Source: Hydrolagus colliei
Taxonomy: Eukaryota
Direction of reading: 5' to 3'
Length of the DNA: 64,000 nucleotides
Assembly (NCBI GenBank): GCA_035084275.1
Contig: CM068747.1
Span: 23,870,001 to 23,934,000 of the forward strand
Shown: positions 51,061 through 63,759 of the stretch, one piece after another
Position numbering within the stretch: position 1 is the stretch's first letter
How the letters are laid out: every line of letters starts with the position of its first letter
Position numbers and translations under genes: made by a program
The notes under the pieces: generated by a model
What the model saw: the letters and a program-made list of their open reading frames with translations, nothing else
What the model was told of the DNA's origin: nothing
Database searches by the model: none

Positions 51061-52550
51061 CAAATGGGCCACTGGTCTATCTCTGTGTGAATCTGTTACT
51101 TTGTTATTCCCATGTGATGGGATGGGTCACTTTCTTGCCCTACACTACATAGGCTTGGTTCATACCAGCCTCTGATAACAGGCTCTACTAACAGAAGGAG
51201 AACTGGTAAACATCAGGCATGAAACTTGCAGCTCAAATATTTCAGCAGAGTATTCTTCACATCCTGTTTACAGTGAGGATTTAAGTTAGATTCCACGGAT
51301 TCAAACAATATTTACTTGCGTTAGTGCATTCAATCCAGCTCTACCGCTGAACTGAGTCCTGGAATAGGTTAATAATATTCCAACACATGCTGTGCCAGTT
51401 CTGTGGTCTCTGAGATGGGTTAGAATTGGTGTCAGTTTCTTTATGGTGTTCTGGTGCTGAACAAGCTCATTCCCAGGCAGTTTGAAACTGTTTGTCTGGG
51501 AAGTGGGAATCTTTTAACTTGGAGCTGAACTCACCAGGAGCTCAGTGGTGTATCGCAAACCACAGAGTTCCTGTTTATGAAACAGCAGTCAATTTGGAGT
51601 ATCGTAGTTTGTGTCATAAATACAAATGTTCAGTCCTTTGAAATTGTCTGAAAGCATTGATATCATAAGCCTCTGCATTGATTTCCTAGTTTCCCCACCA
51701 GCTTTGGCACCAGGGCTTGTATACAAGGAATTCCTGTTTTTATTATCCAAGACTTTCTGATGGTAGTACAAATTTAACACGGTGACGCAGAAATTTCATG
51801 GCAGAAATTTAGTCATTGCTTTCATTCAGACAGTTCTAAACTCCCTTTTTGCCATTTCAATAGCTACTTCAGATCCAGGTCTTGCTATATTCAAGGCCTG
51901 GCTTTGTGGGCCATAAAGGTAAACAGCATCTTTGAGATAATGCTAGAAAAGAGATTCCTGCTCAGTTAAAATGGAATACGCTACCTCTCATAAATCTCTT
52001 TTAATTCTGTTTAATCTTTAAATTGACTCAACCCCTTACATTAATGACCCAAAACTGCTATTTGTCACAGATCTCCGTTCAAAGGGAAACCCGAGTATTT
52101 ATAAACAATTTCATGTGCGGGGATGTAATTGTAGCTGACAGCCAGATGTCTCCTTGTCACCCATTCGGAGTTAACGCAGTGAGAACCACAAACCTAGACA
52201 ACAGACCCAAAGGTCCTGCATCAAGTCGGAATAAACCAAACACAGACAAAGCAAAACACAACAAATCACATAGGAAAACATCCTGCACTGATAGTTTTCC
52301 AAATTCTTTGGACCCAAGTTTTAAATGTGTTCTAAGCACACTAGGTAAAGGGTCGATTCTGTCCTGTTTGTTGGATTTTATTTTAGTTTTTAGTCAATGA
52401 GTTTCCAGAATTGCAGCATTGTGTTGTAGAGGGACCTTATGTCTTCACATCGTAATTGTGCTATATCCTCCAAAGTTGATGGAAGTATTTTCAGCCATTC
52501 TTTATCTTATATCAATATATCAATACACTGTAGCAATGTATTGTATCCAT

Positions 52551-52630
52551 ATACAGTATATTCTGTGAAGCCCTTTGAGATGTCTCAAAGATTTGATAAG
52601 GCGCTATATTAAGTGCAAGAATTATTATTA
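52551..52630 (+). mobile_element. tRNA-SINE family A, tail
   Basis: tacagtatattctgtgaagccctttgagatgtctcaaag...gcgctatattaagtgcaagaattattatta. Confidence 0.85.
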
Positions 52631-53857
52631 GTATTTATTATTAATATTACTCAGGTAAACAATGGAGAAATGTTTAAAAATTGTTTGTGATTTATTTTTC
52701 CTCTTCAATGACCCATTTATTATGGAGGGATTATTATATTCGATAATTATAGAACACACACACAACAGGCACTGATCATCTCCATATGCAGTGCATCACA
52801 GCTACATGATACACCTTTAGATTAGGTATCTCTTGTACAATTGGACTGGTACCAGCACGTGGGTGGATATTGGGTTGTCACACACCACAGAGTGACATGA
52901 CCCATGATTTGATTGAAGAACTAACCTTCAAATGTCATTTTATGCTGGCCTGGCACTGAACTAGATCGAATGTCACCAACATGATCAGGTTTAGTATGAT
53001 GGAACTTCAACACTAGAGCTGGCAACTGACTCTCCAGTTGTGGGATTGCTATCTTATGGAATCACAAATGGGCTTTTTTTGAACCAAGCATGAAATGACT
53101 GAACATTTGGGAGAGAAGGGAGCATTTTTTCTGACCAGTGATGTGAAACGCCTTGTGCGCTATGGAATGTCCAGCTCACTTCACTGGGCCAAATATTCCA
53201 AACTGATTAATGGCAGAATTAGTCCAAAATACTGATTCAATATCTAAAACTACAAAGAATTTCCTGCCATTTGATTCCAGTCACTGTTAAATACTTTCTC
53301 TTTTCACACTGAGACTTTGTGTTCTATTACACTGTACCTATCCAGCATGTAACGTATCAGCAAGAAGACGGTGTCAAATAATCCCTGGTTTTTCATAAAG
53401 TTCTTGGCATGATTATCCGAAGGCTAGTAATATTTCACTGGGTATCATAATAAAACAAGACCTCTGACAAGCTGCCAGTACTTCTGTGGACTTGTAAACA
53501 CAGAGTGCACCAGTTAAATTTTACGAAGTGTTAAAAAAGTCAAATAAAACGAAAGAGCACAAACCCACAAAATTTACTGTCCCACCAATGCTGCAAATAA
53601 CAGGCTCTCCAACCTCCAATAAAACCAAATTAACACGGATTAGACAGTGAAGCCACCCCAACCAAGTGGTTGGCATAAAATTATAGAGGCTGTGGGACTG
53701 TGCAATATTATACAGTAGAGTTTAATCAGAGAACAGGGAAAAGATATTCAGTTAAGAAAATCTGGTTATGATTGTTTATTTTATTACCAGGCTCAATGCA
53801 AGCCAATGTGGCAAAGTGACACATTTTTTCCCCTCATAACAGTAGAGTTTAGCTTCT

Positions 53858-53876
53858 TGTCCACTAGGTAGTGCTG
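53858..53876 (+). promoter_or_regulatory. Candidate CTCF motif
   Basis: tgtCCACTAGGTAGTGCtg versus consensus CCAC/GYAGRKGGCRC; imperfect. Confidence 0.3.
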
Positions 53877-54354
53877 CAAGTCTAAGAATCTCCACCGAGC
53901 AATTGCATCAACTGAGCTCTGACCAGCATCTTTAATTCCTACTTACATGAGTCACTCCACATGACTCCACTTGAAAAGTCTGAGGCTCTATCCTGTTTAC
54001 TCAGTAGCAAAGCTTTGATCTTTGAGTCAGGACAACAAGGATGCCAACGCAGTGACACCCTAACACTTTGAGATGCATGGCTAGTACTGACAGGACTGAA
54101 GAGAGTCTAAAAGTCTTCCTTTGCCTGATGCCAACTCTAGACTGACTCTGTGATTCTTTGAGTGTGAGCAAAGTCCTGACATAAAGGTAAATTGCTGTTA
54201 ACAGTGAGGTTGGCTCATTAGAGTTCAGAAGTTCACTGTTCAAATAGATTTGTGTAGATCTTGTGTAGATCCACAAAAAAAAGCCACAACAAAGCAAATG
54301 GAATTTTAAGTTTCACAAATAGGGGCATTTAAAACAAAGGCAAATTGGTGATGT

Positions 54355-54580
54355 TAATTTTATATCACTCCTTGGCTAGGCTGTGGTTGGAGTTCTTTGT
54401 GCAGTTCTGGATTCTTCATTATATATTTGTAAAAATCAGAATACAGAGATAATTTACAAGGACAATTCAGGGTGTGAGAGATTGTTCGAATGCAGATGTG
54501 TTCTAAACATTTGGGATTGTTTTCACTCAAACAGAGGAGACTTAAGAAGAGGAGGATCTGGTAAAGATTTTTAAAGGGAG
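54355..54580 (+). mobile_element. Old CR1 ORF2 C-terminal relic
   Basis: ttggagttctttgtgcagttctgg (LEFFVQFW) and ttgggattgttttcactcaaacagaggagacttaag (LGLFSLKQRRL). Confidence 0.75.
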
Positions 54581-54904
54581 GTATACAGGTGAGGTGGACA
54601 TGTCCGCCAAAGAACACATGATGATCATGTTCAGTACAAACCCTGTTTCCCACAATGTCTTTGTCTCTTTTCAGGAGTCGGGAATATTCGTAGAATTTTC
54701 CTACAGCACAATTTCTCACACACCTCGATGCAAAGGTAAGCAGTGCTGAAATGTGAACGGTCGCCACTTCTGATTTTGTTTGATATAGCAGAGTTTTACG
54801 CTTATATACTTCAGTGTAGTTTCCTTCACATAAGAAAATATATGATAATAGTTGGGGTAGTAGATAGCGGGCTGGCTCAAGTTACAGGCAAAGAGATAGG
54901 TTGT

Positions 54905-55325
54905 TAGGTGGTTTAGAGAACTGAGAGGGTGAGTTTTAGGTGGAGGGATTTAGGGAGAGAATTCCAGAAAATGGGGGAGGAGGGCGTGGGGGAAGTTGCC
55001 AAAAGCTCACCAAACAATGGTAGGGCAGAGAGCTGATGGGGGAAAATGTGAAGCAGAACTGAATTAACAGAGTGGAAGGTGTGGTCAGGGGAGCACAATT
55101 GTGGAAAATCATAGAGGTCGGATGGGAATGGGCATGGGAGTATCTGAATGTTAGAATAAGGATCTTAAAGTCAATTGGGTAGGAACTAGTGATGCCTGGC
55201 GAGGATATGAATGTTGGGCTCACAAAGACTGGTGCTGGAGAGAATGTGGGCTGTAGATTTCTGGATGTTCTGGAACTTGTGAAGGGTTCAGATAAATCGG
55301 TCAGAGAAATCAAGTCTTGATGTGA
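54905..55325 (-). mobile_element. Old L2 relic
   Basis: Minus ORFs give PIDFKILILTFR and FWNSLPKSLHL, L2 ORF2 C-terminal motifs. Confidence 0.75.
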
Positions 55326-55877
55326 AAAAGTGTGGAAGAGGAAACATTACGATGGTTATCTGGGCAAAATATAAACACATAATAGGATAGCACAGTGTAA
55401 TCATAGAAAGGCTGCAGTAGATATAGATAGACTATAATATATAAATGCAAGTTGTTGTTGTCAGGACATTTAATTTCTGTACACCTCAGTTGCCAAGGCA
55501 TCGTTGGAAATTCAGGACTAGTTATGTACATTTAGTTTCGGAAAAACACCTTGTACATGCTGTCAATTTCTTTTGTTGCTGTTGTACTCTTCAAGCAACT
55601 TTTAATTAGATTGACTTGAATCACAGTGGAAGTGGATTCCCCCTGTCCAGACAAACACAGCAGATGTCCAGAACTGCAATTTGACACCAAACAGCGCATT
55701 GTTACTTTTAGAGCAACTGCAGCAAACCAAATCCAGGTGAAAGTAATGGATCCCTAACTAAATTTTCATCTCATGTAGATACATTTTGATTTTCAATGTT
55801 CTTCCCATTCATTCCATGGGCATTGATTTAATGCCAAACTCAAGAGCATGTCTGAGATGTTTTGTCAGTTCACAGTC

Positions 55878-55896
55878 AGGCCACTAGGTGGAAGAG
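55878..55896 (+). promoter_or_regulatory. Candidate CTCF motif
   Basis: aggCCACTAGGTGGAAGag; strong core match. Confidence 0.35.
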
Positions 55897-56195
55897 TGAA
55901 CTTTTCCACCTCTGTGTGAAAAAGGGGTTAGGGTAAACCGAGGGGAACGCTGTATGGTACCAGTTACTGTAGTGTGTGAGGCCAGAGTCTTTCTGTTGGT
56001 CAAATATGGACAAGATATTATCGAATGTGTGGGGCTGATGTAAATAGAATGTGCCTTTGTCTTGGGAATATATGGAGGAATTGTTCTGTCTGTACTATAA
56101 ATGAGTCACTGGTAAATTCAAAGATAATAGACAAAAGATAAACCATTTATAGAAAGAAACAAAATGTAGTTACATTTGGTGACAATACACTACTT

Positions 56196-56292
56196 AATAA
56201 TAATAATCCTTGCATTTTGATATAGCACCTTATCATGTCTTTGAGACGTCTCAAACTGCTTCACAACATATCGTAAAGTAAATTGACTGTGT
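56196..56292 (-). mobile_element. tRNA-SINE family A, 3' fragment
   Basis: aataataataatccttgcattttgatatagcaccttatcatgtctttgagacgtctcaaac. Confidence 0.87.
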
Positions 56293-57699
56293 ATATATTT
56301 TTTTAAATACTTCTACAAGAAAATAGTACCAAGTCACATCTACTGGTGGAAAGTTATAACAATCAATTGGCAGTCAGTTGCATTATTCACTTTTTACTGC
56401 TTTAACCAATAGAATTACGTTTTAACACTTATGGAAATGGTCAGCACACAGTGGGAAAGGGTTTTAAAAGCAGAATATAAATAGACATTTACTGAACTGT
56501 TGAGTGTTCCAATAACACATCACTAAAGAAATACGTGCAATAAATTGAACAGTGTACAATTGCCAACAGTTAAAGATTTCAAAGTGTCTTCGAGATTCCA
56601 AAGTGACCAAACCTGAGTCTATTGAAGTCCTGCAAAGACCAAAACAAAACACAAAACACCAGTGATTCACTCAAGAAAAAATCTCCTCATCAACCTAATA
56701 AAACCTCCACCTATTAAACCACACTCCATTATTTTATTTAGGAGACTCATCTGCTGTCATTCACGTTGTACAATAATCATTAAAGTGAGTATATGCATTT
56801 TCTTAAAAGCAAATGTGTGTTGGTGGTTGAGACTGAATGATTTATCTCAACACCAGTATGTTGTTCAAAACCCTTGCCAAACTTTACAATGTAATTCATT
56901 TAATTTTTAATCAACTTACCACAGTACAATTTAAAATAAATTCCCTTTTGAAATAAAAGAATCATCTGTATCATTATTTATGCATCCTGACTTGCCTTTT
57001 CTTCACTATAATAGGATTTTTTTTCCCCCATTGCACATAAAAACAACAGATCAGCCAGCGACTGGCAGCACTACCTGAGTGTGTGTCTTGTACAGTCTCT
57101 CCCATGCGACCCCTTTTATACTACAGGTCTTGGCTTAATTAACATAATGTGTAGCAGGTGGCTTCATATAAATTACTTTCCACACCCATAAATTTCCACA
57201 CAGACATTTTTTTTAAATATAGCCATTCATAGCTATGCCATGATATTATGGTGCTGACAAGATTTACATTATGAAATGTTAGCACTCGGCAATGAATGAA
57301 AGAGCCATTGGTTGGGTACAATAATGGAAAAATAATGTTGTAAAAGTGTGTTATATTATAAATCGAACCTATATTTCAAGCAGCAACAATGTTTTCTTTG
57401 TGCCTTACAGACTGTGCCATTTTAAAACCTGTCCTGTTTGAAGCTTAGTGGAAGTTTGCACTTACAATAGAAACGTTCATCATGAGCCTGGAAAGGCAAC
57501 CTGCTGGTATAATAAGCCTAGTAAGTGACTAGGTATCGGTATTTGGTTCGAAGTCTATGCAGAAAAGTTTCCATTGGAGTAGATTGGGTGGAAAATTTAC
57601 ACTGGCAGCTAGTAAATCACTACAAATATCTGAATGCAAGAATTACTGAAGGAAATTAGGTCAGAAATGTTCAGATGCCAGGATCAGTCATGTTTATCA

Positions 57700-58125
57700 A
57701 CAATAATAATGTTGGTATTTGATATGGCACCTTTCACATCAGGAGGATCCCTCAAAACTCTTCATAGGATTTATGTAAACTATACTGATTATATTTTATA
57801 AGTGAATACAGCAGCCAGTTTGCACACAGCTCTGTCACATAAACAGCCATGGGCAATTTGAACTGGGGGAATGTTAGCCGGGCCAACAGGTGAAGCACCT
57901 TTCACTTTTTGAGGAGAGTTCTGGGATCCTTAGCACTCTTCTAAGCAGGGCAGGACCTCAGTTTTCCTGTAATCCAAACGATGGCATCTCCAACAATGTA
58001 GCACACGTCGAACAACACATTGACGAGTCAGGGTAGACAGGGTGAGTTCAAGTCCCAACATGGGGCTTGAACCTGCAACCTTGTGACTCAGAGGTGAGAG
58101 TAACTAGAAACAGAGCCAGGCTGAC
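57700..58125 (-). mobile_element. DeuSINE-like element, near full length (tRNA head, Deu domain, L2-type tail)
   Basis: Reverse complement: head tggctctgttt...ctcacctctgagtcacaaggttgcaggttcaagcccc; central gctacattgttggagatgccatcgtttggat...aaactgaggtcctg...aaggatcccag, which resembles the Deu domain from memory. The 3' part is shared with family A. Confidence 0.75.
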
Positions 58126-59473
58126 GCCAGCGAGCTAAAAAAAACTTGTGTGCCAGATTGTAACCTCATTAAAAAAAGGATTGAGACAAGTGAATATAAG
58201 GCAAAGAGAACTGGAGTTAACAAAAATTGCTCTTGGGTGTGAAATTGAGCACTGTGGATAATGAGATGAATTACTGTACAAGCACATCAAGTACACATCA
58301 TTCCCACACATAATGCAAGGAGATCAAATCGAATCAATCAACTCTTCCAGCAATGAATAGTTTGCTGTATCTTTTTCAAGTCAGACCACCCTTTCCCAAT
58401 GGGCAGCAAGCTTTATGTAAGTGCTGTTCATCCCAAATTGACCTGTGGTCATAGGTGTGACCACTGAGACAGAAATGACCACTCTATAATAAAAAATGAG
58501 ATTCTTGGAGTAGATACACTACATACCGAACATTGTTTACCTATATATGGTTTTGCACATTTTATATTCATTACATAATTGCTCTGCAAATTACCAGCAG
58601 TAAGTTTTTCTACACATCAGTAACATTCCAGCAACAAAAGTTTACCTCCATCAATCAATTGAAATGGTAATGCTTTACTGGGCATCCACATACACACACT
58701 GAAACTCAAACATGGATCAAGCAGCGTACATGTGCATGATAGGTGGCAAGACATCTACACAATAAAGTGTACAGAAAACATGCAAGTCAGATCACACAAA
58801 GCGAGTGATTTTGCTGTCTGTATGCTATTTTTTATATGAAACCGCAAGTTGTTTCATCGATGGGGAAGTGGCCACATCTGAGAAGCAAAATATGGCCAAT
58901 AACCACTGGGAGATGGTAGACATCTTTAGCCAGTGTGACAAACGATAAGACAAATATTTCAGTGCCCCGCAAGGGGATAACTCACTGCATTGAGATTCAA
59001 AACGTGGGTACTCTGTGAGTGAACTCTGTAATGGTCTTAACTGACCCATGCACTGATTCAAGAAAGTGTTGAAAATGGAAACAAAATTTTCCATGTGAAA
59101 AACAAAATATTGCATTGTTGCTGTACCAAATAATGATGTTCTTTTATTTGTGTGCAAGAACGTCAGACCTCCATTGGTACAAAGCCCATTAATAGCAGTG
59201 GAGTAATGTCCAGACTGTTCCAAACCCTCTGCCAACTTTGGTTTCAAAGGCTTTGCAACAGAGTGTGTGACTGAACCAGGAGCTTAACTCTGCATTGCTG
59301 CAGCCACCACTGGCATTCTACAGCCAAGGTCATAAAGTATATTTATTCAACCTCTGAAAACGAAGTTGGCAGGGACTGCGGGAGAAACGATTAAAAGAAA
59401 AACTGGGCATTTCTAAACTCAAATAATAACTTAGAGGTTGAAAAGCAGATCAAATTTTTTTTAACAAGACTTA

Positions 59474-59590
59474 GAACTTGCATTTATACAGTGCCCTTCA
59501 TGGGAAAGAGTGTCGGAGTCTGACCCCGAACTGAGGGGAGAGGGAGGAGAGAGGTGAGCATGATCAAAGAAGAAAGTCTTTAGGCGATTT
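59474..59590 (-). mobile_element. L2-type 3' tail B fragment
   Basis: aacttgcatttatacagtgcccttcatgg...gcatgatcaaagaagaaagtctt matches 25770-25890. Confidence 0.65.
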
Positions 59591-61264
59591 GTTTCAATCC
59601 TGGTCAGACTTTAACCATATTATTATTATTTATATTCACGTGACCCGAAGGAGCATGTTATCAGCTTATTAAAAGTGGAATGTAGTTCAGTATAGATCAG
59701 GGTACTCAGACTGCTTAGAATCCAATTAGCTTGTAAGATCATTTTGACTAAAATTTTTAAGATTGAGCAAAATTATGAAAACATTTCCAATTCAGTTTTA
59801 TTTTGAAAAACAGTTTGGAGTAACCTGCATCCAAATGAAGACTGAATTCAAAACCTTTCCAAATGAAGAGTGAATCACAAATCCACACAGTCATAAATCG
59901 TAAGACAAATTGGTCTTGTGGGTTAAGAGTAAATGGAATTTCAGGCATCTGGTCACGATTTTCTCCTCACCAGCAGTTTCCTTATGTGGTTCTTGGGCTT
60001 ATTTGGTTGATCAGATGTGCCAAACCAAAAAAAACGCAATTTTCACAAAGGCAAGATTGTCTTGAGAGATTTTTGTCATTGTGTCCTACATCTTCATGCA
60101 GTAAAGTTTAAAATCAATTCTTAAGTATCGTAAAAGTAGCCGCTTGCAGCCCTGTCAAAGGATGATTCCCTCAAGGCTCAAGATGTAGAGCATTTGCACT
60201 GGCTACATTTATTCCACACCATGTAATTTAGAGACATTTCAGCAAACAGACTTTTCCAGGGCAGAGCTGCGCACAACTTCTGCTCCTTGCTATTGGTTTG
60301 ATTTCTTTAATGATTTGCAGTTAAGAAAAAGAATGCCCATGATTGCAGCATCAGAGGTCGGGTACTTGAACAAGGGTTCACCCCAGCTGAGAGGAGCCCA
60401 CTTTGTACAAGACCTTCACAGCTTCAGTCCTCGCGGCACGCAGACTTCAAAGATGGGAAGGGTTACAGGAACTGACATGGATCTTGTTTCACCAGGACAT
60501 TGCTGCATACTGCAATCTCTGGAGCTAAGACCAGCCCAAGTTGCAGGGCTGTTGTGTACATGTTACTTACTCTCACATGAGAATTCCTCTATCAAGGGAC
60601 TCCCAGATAATAAATCACATGTGATGACAAGCTGGAAGTAATTCCAAAACATAATTCAACAGCATCTCTCCCAACCTCACAGCAACAGTTACATTCATAA
60701 AAAGAGCACCTCACTTCACTGGCTCTAATCATTGTGGTTGTGGCAGTAGCAAATTGGTGATATCCTCCAACCCATGTGATATTTATAGCCACTGTCTCTC
60801 TCTAACCCCTCGCCCCCCACCCCAACATTCACACTGTGGATAAATGAACAGATACAAAACAAACATATTTCTGTTAAAGTATGCTTAACAAAATCAAGTG
60901 CAAATCCATGCCCTTTCGCACAGTGGAAAATCGCTGTTATTGCTTAATATTGATGAATATTTATGTTCTTGTAAATACACTTTACTGTTCAAGTTATCCA
61001 GTCAACAATTAATGGCTGACAAATGGGCTTTAATCCACTCCACAGATCTCTGGTTGTGGCAATTAGCACAGGTTACTAACGTATGCTTTTTAAGAGCTCC
61101 ACTGGTAAAATATTAACTTGATCTGAAAACCAAAATATGCTCTGGTTAATTACTTTCCGCATTTGATGTCTTAGTGTAACATTGTCATGCCTTTCATTGG
61201 AGCTAGGATAAAAGCAGTCAATCCCAGGACCCAATTGCACAGCAAAACCTCAACAGGCAATGAA

Positions 61265-61282
61265 CTGCCCCCTGCTAGTGGA
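61265..61282 (-). promoter_or_regulatory. Candidate CTCF motif
   Basis: Reverse complement tccaCTAGCAGGGGGCAG is close to CCAGCAGGGGGCRC. Confidence 0.35.
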
Positions 61283-61843
61283 CTGAGCTGAAGTCTGAGT
61301 CAGGCCATAAAACGGAAACTGGAAGGAAATAGCCCCAAGCCATTTAGCCACCTGGACTCTCCACTACTCACTTATTCTAATAGAGTAGGATAGTCTTCAA
61401 TCACACTCCTGACAGCGGGCAGAAAACACTGTGAGCAATTACTTAATTATTTGAAAAACAAATTCTCAATGAGGAGCGCTGACTCAAAATATGGTTCACA
61501 AAATCCCGAGTGTTTGAAGAATGTCAGCAATCAGCAGTATTTCTGATTCCCGTGCGCTAGCCCGGAATGACGATGTAGCCAGGTGGTACAACAGAGCGTG
61601 TCTATCTGTTCTGGTCATTCAGACAGAGCAAACGGTGGAGGACATTCACTACAAAATGCGATGAAAATTTTCCAAATGTGTTTTCATTTTATAAACCTGA
61701 TGAAACTCTGGACAAACCAGATTTTTCTTAAAGTTAAGCAGCTTTGGTTGTTGTGTTAATTCCAATTCTCAGTTGACTTCATTCACCACAGACTATCTGC
61801 TAGAATTTCCAGAGGGGAGGTTTTCCCACCCCACAGAGATACG

Positions 61844-61941
61844 ATTTCTACCTTCATTCACTGTTCAACCGCCATGCCACCAGGCTGACGTTATTGTCAG
61901 CCTGGTGGCATGGCGGTTGAACAGTGAATGAAGGTAGAAAT
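61844..61941. repeat. Perfect inverted repeat, 46-bp arms, 6-nt loop
   Basis: atttctaccttcattcactgttcaaccgccatgccaccaggctgac-gttatt-gtcagcctggtggcatggcggttgaacagtgaatgaaggtagaaat. Confidence 0.99.
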
Positions 61942-62234
61942 GTTATGATTTTATATCATAACTGCCATCAGGGTTGCAAAACACATTTGTGTTGCCAGTA
62001 CGGGGACAAAATTGTGTATTATAGGTTTCTCACCCCAAGAACACAATAGTTCAGCTGCATAGTAAGAGCTAAACAATAAACCTTAGAACATAGGAATGTA
62101 GAGGACTGGGAAACCCCTCTGAGGTCTATCTGGATGGTCCCGGAGTGAAAATAAGTCCTGTTCCTGCTGGCCTTCTCAGAGGAGATTATACCACACTCAT
62201 AACGTTTGCCCATAACCCCCAAAGAGGGCAGTGC

Positions 62235-62506
62235 TATGTGAGTGCTTTCAGCCTTCCTGCTCCCACCCTTTAGAACTCCATCCCATAGTCCCTTCACCAC
62301 GCCACCTCCCTTGCTTCCTTCAAGGCCCATTTTCTTCTACCACCCATCCTCTTCTACAGTGGACCCTCCGAGCCCTACCCCCCCTTGCCCTCCACCCCTC
62401 CTAATCCTAACCCACAGCTTCAGTGCAAATCCTTGACTGTCCAGCGCTTTGGAACATCCTCCTGATGTGAAAGACTCTGTACAAATGTAATTTATTGTTG
62501 TTGTTG
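62235..62506 (+). mobile_element. L2 3' end
   Basis: ccttcaaggcc...gtccagcgctttggaacatcctcctgatgtgaaagactctgtacaaatgtaatttattgttgttgttg. Confidence 0.8.
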
Positions 62507-63759
62507 GGAGACAGTACTGTATGAGACAGTGGGCAGAATTGTGTAAGACACCATTCAATACTGAGTGAGAAGGAAGAAGGAAAAACTAGATGGAGAAAAA
62601 GCCCTGCTTGACATTGCTGCTGGTAAATTTTTGGACCAGTAAACATGCCTGAGTAACAGTATTACAACATTAATTGGAGCCAGCCCACTGTGCGTATCAT
62701 GAGGTGCTGTTTAACAAAAATAAAATAATCCCCAGTAGAAAGCTTTACTTGGGACTTTTCCAGTGTGCCTAGTAGAGGTTAATTTGTTCGGACCTCAGCA
62801 TATGAACTTATGGTTGGAAAGCATCAAGCATGCAGGATGCAGGATGCCATGGCAACAGGAACTATCGATGTGACTTCCTGTGAGGTTGATCCAACACTGA
62901 GGTGTGTTGCTTGATGGGTCAAAGGCTTGACGTATCCAACAATATGCCAGCGTCAATCGGCAATAATGGCCCCAAAGATTACTGCGTGCTGTGTGGTTGA
63001 AGGCAATGTATTCTAACAGAGGAGTGGAAGAACTATATTTTGAAGGATACTTTTCTGCGCTGGAGTTTTAACCCTGAGGACAAGGTCACAGCTGCTGCAT
63101 TACCTGCGAGATTACGACATGCAAGTCACACCCTGAGAAATACAGATTCACGAGTTTGGTAAATGAGCGCATTTCCTCTTTTAAACAATGGCACTTAACC
63201 TCATCACCAGCAGCCTTTAAATGTGCTGTTCACGTTGCTTCACAGCACAATGAAGTCCTTCAGTGCAGTTAATACTGTTTGTCTGTCAGTGATTTCACTA
63301 CAATTCCAGCCCTATCTCTATCCTCTCGCTCCTCAAACAAAAGATCCCGGTTGATCTGATTTCATACTGCTACTTGTCACTCCCGGTGCCACTCTGTGTT
63401 GGTCAGTAGTTCATCAATGTGCCTCCTACCTTCGAAGGGGAGCATTCCTCTGCACTGACAGCACCGCCACACTTGAATAGCCTGGTCAAAGACTGACAAG
63501 CCTCTCTCACAGGAAGAATATGAATTCAAATAACACTCAGGGTGGAGTTTGCACTCTAATTTCCTGCTTCAAATTCCAACGCTGTACCCTCCATTGAAAG
63601 CCCCCAGTGATGGGCTAGGTTAGAGCTACTCACCCACGCAACTTCCTGATCTCTTCATTACCATCAGGTAGATAGACTTAGCTGAACCCGCAGGGAGGAA
63701 AGGGAAATCAGATGGGGAGTCACCTTGCACTCTGTCCTTTTCGTTCGCCTCCCAACTTA

